DNA of 64,000 nt from Bacteroidales bacterium (GCA_014860625.1 JACZJJ010000088.1:12468-76467), one strand, 5' to 3'; shown: positions 1 to 10,073, counted from the first letter of the stretch. Numbers and translations are program-made. The notes: generated by a model from the letters alone, not told the origin.

Positions 1-1903
1 ACGAATCATTCAGTTGCCAGTACATGGTACCCATGCAGTAGGGTTTAGCCCGCCGGTGGGCTTCAATAGCGGTTTTCAATCCGTCGGCCTGTAGGAGCTG
101 ACTAACATAACCATATGTCTCTAAGTCTTCGGGTACCTTGTAGTCCCGTTTCATATATTCATCAATTGTTTCAAAACCTACCGGGTGCTTCTGATGAGCC
201 TTCATGACATCAGAACCCAGTTTCAACTCAGTAGGTGGGGTAACTTTTTCGATGGTAGAATAGTCGGGGAATCCCTGGAAACCATATTCGGAGACAAACC
301 GGCCTACTTTCTTGTTGTACATGTCAAAAGGCTCTTTGCCCCACCATACACCCCAATAGTGCAAATCTCCCTCTTTCAGACTCTTCTCATTGCCCCAACC
401 ATTCATCGGGCTGGTGCTGATATATGGCCGCAGCGTATCGTGCCTTAGCAGTGCGTAGGGAATCAGCTCCTTGAAAATCTTCCTGTAATTACGGAAAATC
501 CTGGATGAGTCCTCCTTGCTGTAGCCGTAATCCTTGACCCATCCCCAGTTATACCATCCCTCTTCAATCTCATTGTTCCCGCACCATAACACAATGGAAG
601 GATGCCTTCTGAGTCTGACAATATTCTGTATGATCTCATCCTGCACACTTCTGAAGAATGGACCCTCTTCGGGCAGCATTCCATTGGCAAACATGAAATC
701 CTGCCAAACCATAATTCCCTTTTCGTCACACAAATCGTAGAAGATATCATTCTCATAGATGCCGCCGCCCCAGACCCGGAGCATGTTGATATTGGCAGCA
801 TCCACGCTCTTAATCAGTTCCGTATACATGGAGTCGGTGACCCGCGATGGGAAGTTATCCATTGGGATGTAGTTTGCCCCACGAATGAAAACAGGAACAT
901 CGTTGATCTTCAAGTAGAAAGACTTCCCAACAGAATCTGGTTCCTGAACCAGTTCAACCGTTCGCAGACCCACTTTCTGATGTCCCTCAGCCTCCTTCCT
1001 CCCGGCAAACCACACTTGGTATCCCAGGTTGTACCGTGTGGGAGCTCCCATGCCGTTTGGCCACCAACGCTTGGGATTGGTCATGTCAAAATCGATACGA
1101 ATGGAATTGACACCTTTGGTCAGCAATTCACGTCCTTCGAAAAAAACAGTTGAATCGAACATCAGTTTGAACTCTGCCGTATCGGGCAGGGTGGATACTA
1201 CTATGAAGGATGCCGACATCCGGGCCAAAGAGTCTGTCAGGCTCTTTTGGATGAAATTGACACCCAGTACATCCACATATTTCCAGTACTTAATATAGAT
1301 TGGACGCCAGATGCCCATCGTGACAAATCTCGGACCCCAGTCCCAGCCAAACTGGTAGGCAGCTTTCCGGCATACCATCCGTTCGTCCCCTGGAAGTTTG
1401 TAGGGAAGCTTATCGTAAAAAGCTTTATTCAATTTTGTAATGGAAGGAAATTCAATTTTTATCCGGTTGTAGCCAATCCTCAGGTAATGTTTCGTATTAG
1501 CATACCAGGTTTTGAACATGTTGTCGGCTGTGATCACCAGCGAGTCGTTGATATATACGTTTGCGTAGGTATCAATACCTTCACAAACCAGCTGGATGTT
1601 CCGGTTTGCAAAGAAATCGCGATCCAGTTCAAAATATTTCTCATAAACCCATCCTGTATCGGAAATCCATTGCAGCTTCTCTTCAAAATCGGCATAGAAA
1701 GGATCTGGGATGACGTTATTTCGCAGGAGGTCTAACTGTACGGACCCTGGTACCACTGCATTATGGATCTTTTTGGATCCCTGCATCCTCAGTTGCCAGA
1801 CACCGTCGAGAGACAAAATGCTGGCCCCATCTTGCGCTGCAAGAGGAAGGGTTATGGTAATCATGCAGAAAATTGAGATGACAAGCGCGAAGGCTCGTTT
1901 CAT
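1..1903 (-). CDS. beta-mannosidase, GH2 family (C-terminal part runs off the window; about 634 aa present)
   Basis: The minus strand is open from the window edge to ATG 1903 (alternative ATG 1915). The N-terminus is MKRAFALVISIF (signal peptide), followed by GVWQLRM..VPGSVQLDLLRNNVIPDPFY and later YCMGTMYWQLND, which I recognise as GH2 beta-mannosidase motifs. It is absent from the ORF track because there is no in-window stop. Confidence 0.85.
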   Translation of the reverse strand, partial: MKRAFALVISIFCMITITLPLAAQDGASILSLDGVWQLRMQGSKKIHNAVVPGSVQLDLLRNNVIPDPFYADFEEKLQWISDTGWVYEKYFELDRDFFANRNIQLVCEGIDTYANVYINDSLVITADNMFKTWYANTKHYLRIGYNRIKIEFPSITKLNKAFYDKLPYKLPGDERMVCRKAAYQFGWDWGPRFVTMGIWRPIYIKYWKYVDVLGVNFIQKSLTDSLARMSASFIVVSTLPDTAEFKLMFDSTVFFEGRELLTKGVNSIRIDFDMTNPKRWWPNGMGAPTRYNLGYQVWFAGRKEAEGHQKVGLRTVELVQEPDSVGKSFYLKINDVPVFIRGANYIPMDNFPSRVTDSMYTELIKSVDAANINMLRVWGGGIYENDIFYDLCDEKGIMVWQDFMFANGMLPEEGPFFRSVQDEIIQNIVRLRRHPSIVLWCGNNEIEEGWYNWGWVKDYGYSKEDSSRIFRNYRKIFKELIPYALLRHDTLRPYISTSPMNGWGNEKSLKEGDLHYWGVWWGKEPFDMYNKKVGRFVSEYGFQGFPDYSTIEKVTPPTELKLGSDVMKAHQKHPVGFETIDEYMKRDYKVPEDLETYGYVSQLLQADGLKTAIEAHRRAKPYCMGTMYWQLNDS

Positions 1904-2020
1904 GGATCGTATCATGGTGGGTAATTTAGATAAACGTGACAAAATTAATTGATTTTTCCAAAGGGGGGATGGTGGTTGGGTGAATCAATTTGTTAATTTC
2001 GGGAGATAATATCAAATCCT

Positions 2021-3187
2021 ATGGTTACTCAACCGCTTTTTGATCTCTTCTTTCAGCGTTATGGAAAGCCTGAAAAAATTCCTCAAATCTTCTTCGCTCC
2101 CGGACGAGTGAATCTCATCGGTGAGCATACCGACTACAACGGAGGGTTCGTGTTGCCGTGTGCATTGCAATATGGAACATATCTGATTATCAGAAAGATC
2201 GATGAACCGATTATCCGGCTTGCTTCCACCAATATGGATTTGTATACAGAGATTCCCCTGTCAGAAAGTTTTTGTCAAATTAAAAACCAATGGGTCAATT
2301 ATCCTCTCGGCGTGCTGGCGCAGTTCCTCCAACGAAATATCGCAATCGGGGGACTGGAACTCCTCTTTTCTGGAGATATCCCAAACAATGCCGGTTTGTC
2401 TTCTTCAGCATCCATTGAGATGGTGACTGCATATGGTATGAATTCCCTTTATCAAAGCGATCTTCCGATGTTGGAGATGATTAAACTCTCGCAGAAAGCA
2501 GAGAATCAGTTTGTCGGAGTAAACTGTGGCATCATGGATCAGTTTGCTGTGGGAATGGGGGAGAAGAACCATGCGATCTTCCTGAACTGCAAAACGCTGG
2601 AATATAAGTTGGTTCCTGTTCTCCTTGAAGGAATATCGATGGTTGTTGCCAATACCAACAAGCAACGAGGGCTGGCCGATTCAAAATACAACGAGCGGGT
2701 GGCTGAGTGCCAGATGGCTGTTGCATACTTAGGAGATTTGTTTGATGTAAGTCAGCTTAGCGAGATTAGTTTCATGCAATTTTACAAAGTTCAGGATCAG
2801 ATCCCTGATGAAGTGATCCGGCGGAGAGCGAGGCATGTCATTTCCGAAAACCAACGGGTTCTGAATGCGGTTTCATGCTTGTGGAACAACAATATCCAGG
2901 AGTTTGGGGCTCTGATGAATGCCTCCCACGAGTCGTTGCGTGATAATTATGAAGTGACTGGTTTTGAACTCGATTCATTGGTTGACGAGGCTCAGAAGAT
3001 GCATGGTGTGATTGGATCCCGGATGACCGGAGCGGGCTTCGGAGGGTGTACGGTATCCCTTGTCAGGAATGAATCATTGAACACTTTTATTGAAGAGGTC
3101 GGAGAAAAGTACAAGGCAAGAACCGGGTTGACAGCCGATTTCTATGTTGTTGAGGTGTCGGATGGAGTGAGAAAAATCATTAACTAA
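2021..3187 (+). CDS. galK: galactokinase
   Basis: 388 aa with GRVNLIGEHTDYNGG and GAGFGGC GHMP-kinase motifs. Confidence 0.95.
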   Translation: MVTQPLFDLFFQRYGKPEKIPQIFFAPGRVNLIGEHTDYNGGFVLPCALQYGTYLIIRKIDEPIIRLASTNMDLYTEIPLSESFCQIKNQWVNYPLGVLAQFLQRNIAIGGLELLFSGDIPNNAGLSSSASIEMVTAYGMNSLYQSDLPMLEMIKLSQKAENQFVGVNCGIMDQFAVGMGEKNHAIFLNCKTLEYKLVPVLLEGISMVVANTNKQRGLADSKYNERVAECQMAVAYLGDLFDVSQLSEISFMQFYKVQDQIPDEVIRRRARHVISENQRVLNAVSCLWNNNIQEFGALMNASHESLRDNYEVTGFELDSLVDEAQKMHGVIGSRMTGAGFGGCTVSLVRNESLNTFIEEVGEKYKARTGLTADFYVVEVSDGVRKIIN

Positions 3188-3200
3188 TGAACCTGCCTTT

Positions 3201-4343
3201 TCAGTTGGCTGTTCCAAACTTGTACACCGTAATTTCATTGTACACGTCTCCCGGCTTCAGAATGGTATTCGGGAAGGTGGAGTGGTTCGGTGAATCGGGG
3301 AAATGCTGTGTCTCCAGGCACAATCCGGAGTGTTGTCCGTAAGCCTTTCCGCCTTTCCCTTTGATGGATCCGTCGAGGAAGTTTCCGGAATAGAACTGAA
3401 TACCGGGCTGGGTTGTATAAATCTTCACCTCACGACCACTTTTGGGATCCAACAGGGTCGCTGCCAGGGACAGATCGCCGGGGGTTTTGTCCAGCACATA
3501 GTTGTGGTCGTATCCACCTTTTACATCCCCAATCCGGGAACCGATCTCATGCGGTGTGTTGAAATCCATCGGCGTACCTGCCAATGGTGGCAAGGTACCT
3601 GTGGGGATCGACTCCCCGTCTACATCAGTCAGTTGGGCAGCTACAATGGATAAAATGTGGCCAAGCACGTTGGTATCTGCCGTTGAGAGGTTGAAATAGG
3701 TGTGGTTGCAGAGGTTTACCGGACACGGTTGATCCGTGGTAGACGTGATAACAGTTTGAAGTTCATCGTTATCGGAGAGGGCGTAGGTGACTTTCGTATT
3801 CAGTGTCCCGGGGTATCCCTCTTCTCCATCCTGACTCGTATAGGTCAGTTCAAGTCCTACAGATGTTGAATCCTGAACCTCACGGGCATCCCACACCACT
3901 TTGTCAAATCCCTTATCTCCTCCGTGAAGGTGATTGTTCCCGTTGTTTGTAGCAAGTTGATAGGATTTCCCATCTAACTTAAACTGCCCTTTTGCAATCC
4001 GGTTTGCATACCTGCCAACAATAGCGCCGAAATAGGGGTTATTTTCGACATATGACTTCAGGCTGTCATATCCAAGGACAATATCTCCCGGAGTTCCATT
4101 CCGGTCAGGAGTCCAGATTTGTGTGATGATGCCACCATAATTGGTGATCTTTATAACAATCCCGTTTTTATTGGTCAGGGTATAAAGGAAGACCTCCTGA
4201 TTGTCAATTGTTCCGAAAGGTTCTTTCATAATGGAGAGTGTTGAATTGTCTGCAGATTTGTCCCGGTTGCCGGAATTCTGACAGGCCGACATCAGTCCGG
4301 TTGCAAGAATGAACAGCAGAAGCAGTTGGATACAACGTTTCAT
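3201..4343 (-). CDS. galM: aldose 1-epimerase (galactose mutarotase), lipoprotein-type signal
   Basis: 380 aa with N-terminal LMSAC lipobox and NNGNNHLHGG / HTYFNL mutarotase motifs. Convergent with galK. Confidence 0.9.
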   Translation of the reverse strand: MKRCIQLLLLFILATGLMSACQNSGNRDKSADNSTLSIMKEPFGTIDNQEVFLYTLTNKNGIVIKITNYGGIITQIWTPDRNGTPGDIVLGYDSLKSYVENNPYFGAIVGRYANRIAKGQFKLDGKSYQLATNNGNNHLHGGDKGFDKVVWDAREVQDSTSVGLELTYTSQDGEEGYPGTLNTKVTYALSDNDELQTVITSTTDQPCPVNLCNHTYFNLSTADTNVLGHILSIVAAQLTDVDGESIPTGTLPPLAGTPMDFNTPHEIGSRIGDVKGGYDHNYVLDKTPGDLSLAATLLDPKSGREVKIYTTQPGIQFYSGNFLDGSIKGKGGKAYGQHSGLCLETQHFPDSPNHSTFPNTILKPGDVYNEITVYKFGTAN

Positions 4344-4476
4344 GGCGTGTGGTTTTATTCATACAAACTTAACGATTTACAGAGTAAGATTTTCGATTTT
4401 CGTTGGAATTGTTCAATTTTGAAAACGAATCCGGGATGCCGGATTCCGGACATTGAATCATTTGAGCAGACTTTCT

Positions 4477-5313
4477 ATGAAACAAAACAGGGATATGAAA
4501 GGAAAGGTGGTACTGATTACCGGAGCCTCTTCTGGAATAGGAGCTGCGACAGCACTCGCTTTTAACAGGGAGGGTGCAAGGGTGGCGATGGCCGCCAGAA
4601 GGGGTGAAAAACTCAACCAGCTGGCAAAACGCATGAAAGACCCGCTCGTATTGCAGGTCGATATAGGGATAGAAGCCGAGGTCCGCAACATGATTCAGGA
4701 TACAATCCGGCATTTTGGCAGGATCGACGTATTGATAAATAACGCTGCATCCATCATTGTGGCACCTGCTCAAACTGTTTCGTCCGAAGATCTTGTTTCT
4801 GCTTTTCGAACCAATCTTATCGGACCCGTTGCAGCAACACAGGAAGCGAGCATACAGATGAAAAAGCAGGGTGGGGGACAAATCATCAATGTGGGCTCTC
4901 CCGGCTTCATGATGGGAGTCCCTTTTTACAGTCCGTATGTATGCTCCAAAGCAGCACTGTGTGCATGGACACGAACCATACAGGCTGAATGGGCTGGGAG
5001 TGGGATCGTTGTGAGTGAGTATTTTCCGGGTTACATTCTTACAGACTCAAAGCCCGATTCACGTATCGGAGAGGTTGAGCAGGATTTGCTGATGAGTCCG
5101 AAACAAAACTGGCTTACCCGAACGTTTGCCAAACCCAAGATGCCCAATGATGTGGCTGATCAACTGGTAGGATTGGTAAGAAATCCCAGGACCCTGGTCT
5201 ACTCATCCGGATCTGTTCGTATGGGAGCATTTATCTCCAATTTTTCCGGGTTCAGACTCTCTCTGGCCATGCAAATGGCACGAACTGCAAGGGATAAAAA
5301 ACCGGAGATCTAA
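4477..5313 (+). CDS. short-chain dehydrogenase/reductase (classical SDR)
   Basis: Has the VVLITGASSGIGAA Rossmann motif and YVCSKAAL catalytic Y-x3-K. The start is ambiguous: TTG 4453, ATG 4477 or ATG 4495. Confidence 0.85.
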   Translation: MKQNRDMKGKVVLITGASSGIGAATALAFNREGARVAMAARRGEKLNQLAKRMKDPLVLQVDIGIEAEVRNMIQDTIRHFGRIDVLINNAASIIVAPAQTVSSEDLVSAFRTNLIGPVAATQEASIQMKKQGGGQIINVGSPGFMMGVPFYSPYVCSKAALCAWTRTIQAEWAGSGIVVSEYFPGYILTDSKPDSRIGEVEQDLLMSPKQNWLTRTFAKPKMPNDVADQLVGLVRNPRTLVYSSGSVRMGAFISNFSGFRLSLAMQMARTARDKKPEI

Positions 5314-5318
5314 TTTAT

Positions 5319-5326
5319 TATCTTTG
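5319..5326 (+). promoter_or_regulatory. Bacteroidota -7 promoter box (TAtcTTTG) upstream of the MscS-like gene
   Basis: Exact match to the TAnnTTTG consensus, 17 nt upstream of ATG 5343. Confidence 0.45.
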
Positions 5327-5342
5327 TTTCAAATTTCAAACT

Positions 5343-7217
5343 ATGAAAAGGGCTGTTTGTCTGTTAATAGCACTGTTTGTTGTGGCTTGTAGCTTTACGG
5401 GAAATGGACAGGTGGATACCATTTACGACTCTGTCAGCCGGATAGATTCTCTGAATGAAAAACTGACTGAATTCACAGAACAGATCAAAAAGAATGAGGA
5501 GCAACGCCTGGCTGATTCTATCAGAAGGATTGAGCTTCAGCGGGAACTGGATCTTGTAAAAGCAAGCGACTACATGCGTCGCAGGGAGCTGATGGATCGG
5601 TTAGATCAGTTGGAAAAGCAGGATTCCATCAGGCTGGAGCAGAAGAAGATGCGTGTGGCAGAGATTCGTAAAACAAATGCCGGAATGCCTGTCGCTCCCT
5701 TTGGCGATACCCTGTTTCTTATTTTTAACAAAATAGGAGCATTCACTCCCTTTGAACGTGCCGAAAGCATCTCCCGTAAGATCCAACAATTATACAAAGA
5801 CAGACCTTATTATCCCGATTCTCTCCAGATTATTGCATCGGATAATACAGAAGACCTCGTCTACTTGGACATGATTATCATGAGTGTCAGTGATATTGAT
5901 GCACTCATCAACGGAACAGGTACAAACGCACTGGCATATCAATACAGAACAGCGATCAATAAAGCAGTTCTCGGATATATCAAATATACAAGCCTCTCCA
6001 ATACCCTGAAACGAATTGGACTCGTTTTGCTAACAATTGGCATTGTAGCACTACTTATATATTTGATAATCAGATTATTTCGATTTACGAAAAAATATAT
6101 CGAGAAGAACAGGGGTAGGTTTATCCGAAGCATCCGCATCAGAAATTATGAACTGCTCTCAAAGGAAAAGGTACTCAAAGGAGTATTGTGGCTGAACATG
6201 GTTGTGAAGATATTTTTCTTCATCCTTGTTGTCTACCTGGCACTGCCCTCCCTTTTCAGCATCTTTCCTGTTACAGAAGCCTGGGCCGGCACCCTGATCA
6301 GGTGGGTAATCGATCCGATAACCTCAATTGCCTTTGCATTTATTGCTTACCTGCCCGATTTGATTACAGTCATCGTAATCGTAACTGTCGTGAGATACCT
6401 GGTGAAGCTTATAAAATATCTTGCCAAAGAGGTTCAGGCCGGTAAACTAACCCTTCCCGGGTTTCATCCCGACTATGCGATGCCAACCTTTGGGATTGTC
6501 AGGTTTATACTCTATGCATTTATGTTTGTTGTGATCTTTCCTTACCTTCCGGGCTCTGGTTCCGATATATTCAGAGGTGTATCAGTGTTTCTTGGTATCC
6601 TGCTCTCTCTTGGATCCACCTCAGCGATCAGCAATGTGGTGGCTGGGTTGGTCATCACCTACATGCGTCCGTTTAAAATTGGAGACCGTATAAAGCTTGG
6701 GGATGTGACCGGGGATGTGATTGAAAAAACGCCATTGGTTATTCGTGTCAGGACTATTAAAAATGAAGAGATTACGATCCCGAATAGCCAGATACTCACT
6801 GGTCACACCATAAACTACACATCCTCAGGAAAGGAAATCGGTTTGATTCTCCATACAACAGTATCGATTGGGTATGATGTGCCTTGGCGTCAGGTTCATG
6901 AATTGTTGATATCTGCCGCGAAATCAACAAAAGGAGTTTCTAAAGACAATGCGCCGTTTGTATTGCAAACTAGCCTCGATGACTTCTATGTCTCCTATCA
7001 GATCAATGCCTTTACCAAGTCCCCTGAGAAATCTGCCGTGCTATACTCCGACCTGCACAAGAATATCCAGGATAAATTCAATGAAGCCGGAGTGGAGATC
7101 ATGTCACCGCATTACAAGGCAATCAGGGATGGGAACCAGATGGCTGTACCTCCCGATTCCCTTCCAAAAGACTATAACGCTCCATCTTTCAGGGTCAATG
7201 ATAACCCGAAGAACTAG
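5343..7217 (+). CDS. mechanosensitive ion channel family protein (MscS-like) with long N-terminal coiled-coil/periplasmic region
   Basis: 624 aa with a signal peptide, a charged coiled-coil segment, several TM helices, then the MscS beta-domain pattern (VVAGLVITYMRPFKIGDRIKLGDVTGDVIEKTPLVIRVRT). Confidence 0.85.
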   Translation: MKRAVCLLIALFVVACSFTGNGQVDTIYDSVSRIDSLNEKLTEFTEQIKKNEEQRLADSIRRIELQRELDLVKASDYMRRRELMDRLDQLEKQDSIRLEQKKMRVAEIRKTNAGMPVAPFGDTLFLIFNKIGAFTPFERAESISRKIQQLYKDRPYYPDSLQIIASDNTEDLVYLDMIIMSVSDIDALINGTGTNALAYQYRTAINKAVLGYIKYTSLSNTLKRIGLVLLTIGIVALLIYLIIRLFRFTKKYIEKNRGRFIRSIRIRNYELLSKEKVLKGVLWLNMVVKIFFFILVVYLALPSLFSIFPVTEAWAGTLIRWVIDPITSIAFAFIAYLPDLITVIVIVTVVRYLVKLIKYLAKEVQAGKLTLPGFHPDYAMPTFGIVRFILYAFMFVVIFPYLPGSGSDIFRGVSVFLGILLSLGSTSAISNVVAGLVITYMRPFKIGDRIKLGDVTGDVIEKTPLVIRVRTIKNEEITIPNSQILTGHTINYTSSGKEIGLILHTTVSIGYDVPWRQVHELLISAAKSTKGVSKDNAPFVLQTSLDDFYVSYQINAFTKSPEKSAVLYSDLHKNIQDKFNEAGVEIMSPHYKAIRDGNQMAVPPDSLPKDYNAPSFRVNDNPKN

Positions 7218-7257
7218 ATGCTATATATTTTATAACCCTAAACCAACACCGATTCAT

Positions 7258-7761
7258 ATGCCAAAATCAATCCCCTTAAAAGAGCGCCCGATCGATTACA
7301 TCTACCTGGCTTTCTTCTTTGTCAACTTGTTCTTTATCACCTATATCGTTGACCTGGAACAGATTGTGATCAAGGATCCTTCCAACTTTGACTACCCCTT
7401 CTGGCCATTGCCTTTTTTTATCGATATGGTTCACTGGTGGGGGACTACATTTGATCCGCTTCAGTGGTTCCGCCCGGTTTGGTGGCAGGCAACCATATGG
7501 CTGGATGTATTGATTTTCGGTCCATTTTATGCCTTTGCCATCTATGCTTTTATCAAAGGAAAGGATTGGATCCGCATCCCGACAATTATCACCATGTCCA
7601 TCCTCTTCACCAACGTTACGATCATCTGCAGCGAAGAGATCTGGGGCCCTACACCTGCATTAAACCTGCCTCTGGTACTTCTTGCAAATGCCCCATGGTT
7701 CCTTTTTCCGATTTTCCTGGTATGGAAAATGTGGAAAAATTCCAATCCCTTTACGAAATAG
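7258..7761 (+). CDS. EXPERA-domain membrane protein, TMEM97/sigma-2-receptor-like
   Basis: 167 aa with 4 predicted TM helices. The segment FYAFAIYAFIKGKDWIRIPTIITMSILFTN closely parallels human TMEM97 ...[23 protein letters not shown] (from memory). The internal ATG 7258 was chosen because the track start 6949 overlaps the MscS gene. Confidence 0.7.
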   Translation: MPKSIPLKERPIDYIYLAFFFVNLFFITYIVDLEQIVIKDPSNFDYPFWPLPFFIDMVHWWGTTFDPLQWFRPVWWQATIWLDVLIFGPFYAFAIYAFIKGKDWIRIPTIITMSILFTNVTIICSEEIWGPTPALNLPLVLLANAPWFLFPIFLVWKMWKNSNPFTK

Positions 7762-7783
7762 GCTTCACCAAATACAATTCATT

Positions 7784-8857
7784 ATGCTTCCACTTTTTTC
7801 TTCGTTCAGTCTGAAAGGAATCCCCGTTAAGAACAGGGTCATCATGCCGCCGATGGTTTGTCCACACTATGTGGGCGACGATGGCATCGTAAGCAGGAGA
7901 AACCTCGACCATTATCGGGAGCGGGCTGAAGGCGGTGCAGGCATCATTGTAACTGAAGCCACAGCTGTAACCAAGATCGGCCGGCTCTCTTCATACCAGC
8001 TGGGCATTTGGTCTGATGATCACATCGCAGGCTTAAGCCAGATTCCTCTAATCGTGAAAAGTTTCGGTGCTGTTTCGTTGATCCAGATCCATCATGCCGG
8101 TCTCGTTGCCCCGGAAGCCGTCACAGATGAACCGATGGGACCCTCTGCAAATCCGAAAGATCCCAGGTCGCGAAGCCTGACAATAGAAGAGATCAGGGAA
8201 ATTAAAGGGGATTTCATTGCCGGTGCCATTCGTGCCCGGAAGGCTGGTTTTGACGGAGTGCAGATCCACGGCGCCCACGGTTACCTGATCAGCCAATTCG
8301 CTTCTACCTATTACAACCGGCGTGAGGATGAGTATGGTGGCTCCTTTGAAGGAAGAATGAGGCTGGCAGTTGAAGTGATCGAAGGCATCAGGGAGGCATG
8401 CGGAGACTCCTTCCTGATTGCTTACCGGATGGGTGCCAACTCTCCAACGCTGGAAGATGGGATTGAAATTGCCCGTTACTTGGAGACTAAACCCATTGAT
8501 ATGCTTGATGTTTCGCACGGAGGCTCTTTGGTCTCACTGCCGCGGCCGCCCCAAGATTTTGACTACAACTGGATCTGTTTTTCAGGTACGGAAGTCAAAA
8601 AAACGGTGAACGTTCCGGTTGGAGTTGTCAATGAGATCCGTACACCTGAAAGAGCCAACTGGCTCATAGAGAATGGGAAGGCAGATTTTGTGAGCATTGG
8701 CCGCCCCATGCTTGCCGACCCGCATTGGGTTACCAAAGCCCAGCATCACGAAGAGATGATTGTATCCTGCGTGAGTTGCAAGCCACGCTGCAAATGGTAT
8801 GTTGATAGTACTGAATGTCCAGCACTTCAAATCCGGATGAAGGAGAGGCTTATCTAA
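7784..8857 (+). CDS. NADH:flavin oxidoreductase, Old Yellow Enzyme / 2,4-dienoyl-CoA-reductase-like TIM-barrel, ending in a Cys cluster
   Basis: 357 aa from ATG 7784, with LKNRVIMPPM, GFDGVQIHGAHGYLISQF and RPMLADPHW OYE motifs. The C-terminus is C-x2-C-x3-C-x8-C (CVSCKPRCKWYVDSTEC). It starts 22 nt after the EXPERA gene. Confidence 0.85.
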   Translation: MLPLFSSFSLKGIPVKNRVIMPPMVCPHYVGDDGIVSRRNLDHYRERAEGGAGIIVTEATAVTKIGRLSSYQLGIWSDDHIAGLSQIPLIVKSFGAVSLIQIHHAGLVAPEAVTDEPMGPSANPKDPRSRSLTIEEIREIKGDFIAGAIRARKAGFDGVQIHGAHGYLISQFASTYYNRREDEYGGSFEGRMRLAVEVIEGIREACGDSFLIAYRMGANSPTLEDGIEIARYLETKPIDMLDVSHGGSLVSLPRPPQDFDYNWICFSGTEVKKTVNVPVGVVNEIRTPERANWLIENGKADFVSIGRPMLADPHWVTKAQHHEEMIVSCVSCKPRCKWYVDSTECPALQIRMKERLI

Positions 8858-10073
8858 CCGAATCCAGTTTTACCATCATTTGTTGCACCAAGGCATTGAA
8901 GACTTTCAGGTTCGCTGTGTCGACAGGTTCGGCAGGAGGCGATTCCATTTTCAACGGATCAACCGGAGAGTTGTTTTTAAAGACCCTGAAGTCGAGATGA
9001 GGGCCGGTAGAGAGACCACTGCTCCCCACGTAGCCGATGACATCACCCTGCCTGACGTATTTTCCTGACTTGATCCCTTTTGCGTAACCTGAAAGATGAC
9101 CGTATCCGGTGGAATATACACTGTTGTGCCGAATCTTGATGTACCGTCCAAACCCTCCGTTCCACCTTGCTTCAAGTACTTTCCCGTCACCCAACGCCAC
9201 AACAGGAGTTCCCCGTGGTGCTGCGTAATCAACCCCATGGTGGGGCCTGTAGATCTTCAGAACCGGATGCTTCCGCGCATTGGTAAACCGGGAGCTGATG
9301 CGTGAGAATCGTAGCGGTGCCTTCAGAAAAGTCCGCTGAAGACTCTCAGCCAATTCATCGAAATAGGTTCCCACACTATCCTGCTCAAAGTAGAATGCAT
9401 AGAAATTGTTGCCTGCTGATACAAACCGTGATGCCAGGATGTTTCCAACGCCAACCGGAATGGTATCAATGATAAGTTCTTCGTAGATGACACTGAAATT
9501 GTCGCCTTTCTGTACTCCGTAAAAATCAATTGTCCAGGCATATACATCCGACATCTTCAGAGCAAGGTTAATATCAAGACCATTGTCTACGAAAGCATTC
9601 CACAGGGAGGAGGTAATTGTTCCGCTGGCGCTTCTGAGGATTTTCTTCACTATCTTCTTATCCCTGTACACCCGGAGCGAATCCCTGAAATCATAAACAA
9701 CAAAATCGGTTGCAGTGATTTCATAAATGAAATAAACGGAGGTTTTATTGCTGTCACGGGCAGAAATCACCGCATACCTGTTTCCCGGACGGATCTTCCT
9801 GACATCAAAAATCTGGCGGGTGGTCCGTGAAATCAAGTCGATGGTTTGCATAGAAACCAGCGGGGCAAGAATTTCGGAGAGATTCTGGTTCTTCCTGACC
9901 TCCCCGTAAACGATGTCAAGTGTATCAATATTGAGGTGATAGACACTTTTCGGTAAACTTTCAGTAATCTCTTCTTCCGGATCCACAGAAGTGGTTGTAG
10001 TGATGATGACACCTGCAATTATCACAAGTAAAAAAATGATCGGGAAAACAAGTCTTAGCCAGGATCTCTTCAT
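8850..10073 (-). CDS. M23 family metallopeptidase (LytM/lysostaphin-type)
   Basis: 407 aa with an N-terminal TM anchor and the HHGVDYAAPRGTPV and GSSGLSTGPHLDF motifs. Confidence 0.9.
   Translation of the reverse strand: MKRSWLRLVFPIIFLLVIIAGVIITTTTSVDPEEEITESLPKSVYHLNIDTLDIVYGEVRKNQNLSEILAPLVSMQTIDLISRTTRQIFDVRKIRPGNRYAVISARDSNKTSVYFIYEITATDFVVYDFRDSLRVYRDKKIVKKILRSASGTITSSLWNAFVDNGLDINLALKMSDVYAWTIDFYGVQKGDNFSVIYEELIIDTIPVGVGNILASRFVSAGNNFYAFYFEQDSVGTYFDELAESLQRTFLKAPLRFSRISSRFTNARKHPVLKIYRPHHGVDYAAPRGTPVVALGDGKVLEARWNGGFGRYIKIRHNSVYSTGYGHLSGYAKGIKSGKYVRQGDVIGYVGSSGLSTGPHLDFRVFKNNSPVDPLKMESPPAEPVDTANLKVFNALVQQMMVKLDSVR

Noticed and set aside
185-1952. Several plus-strand ORFs (for example 602-1153, 1247-1735, 1710-1952).
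   Set aside because: They lie antisense to a continuous minus-strand frame with clear GH2 beta-mannosidase motifs, and their translations are low-complexity with no recognisable domains.
6949-7257. N-terminal extensions of ORF-track entries. They are 6949 for the EXPERA gene, 7682 for OYE, 20082, 25255, 34669, 41678, 44504, 51583, 52572, 54552 and 59014.
   Set aside because: The extensions overlap upstream genes or lack signal-peptide logic. Internal ATGs give canonical N-termini (signal peptides, MAKKSK of L33, and so on).
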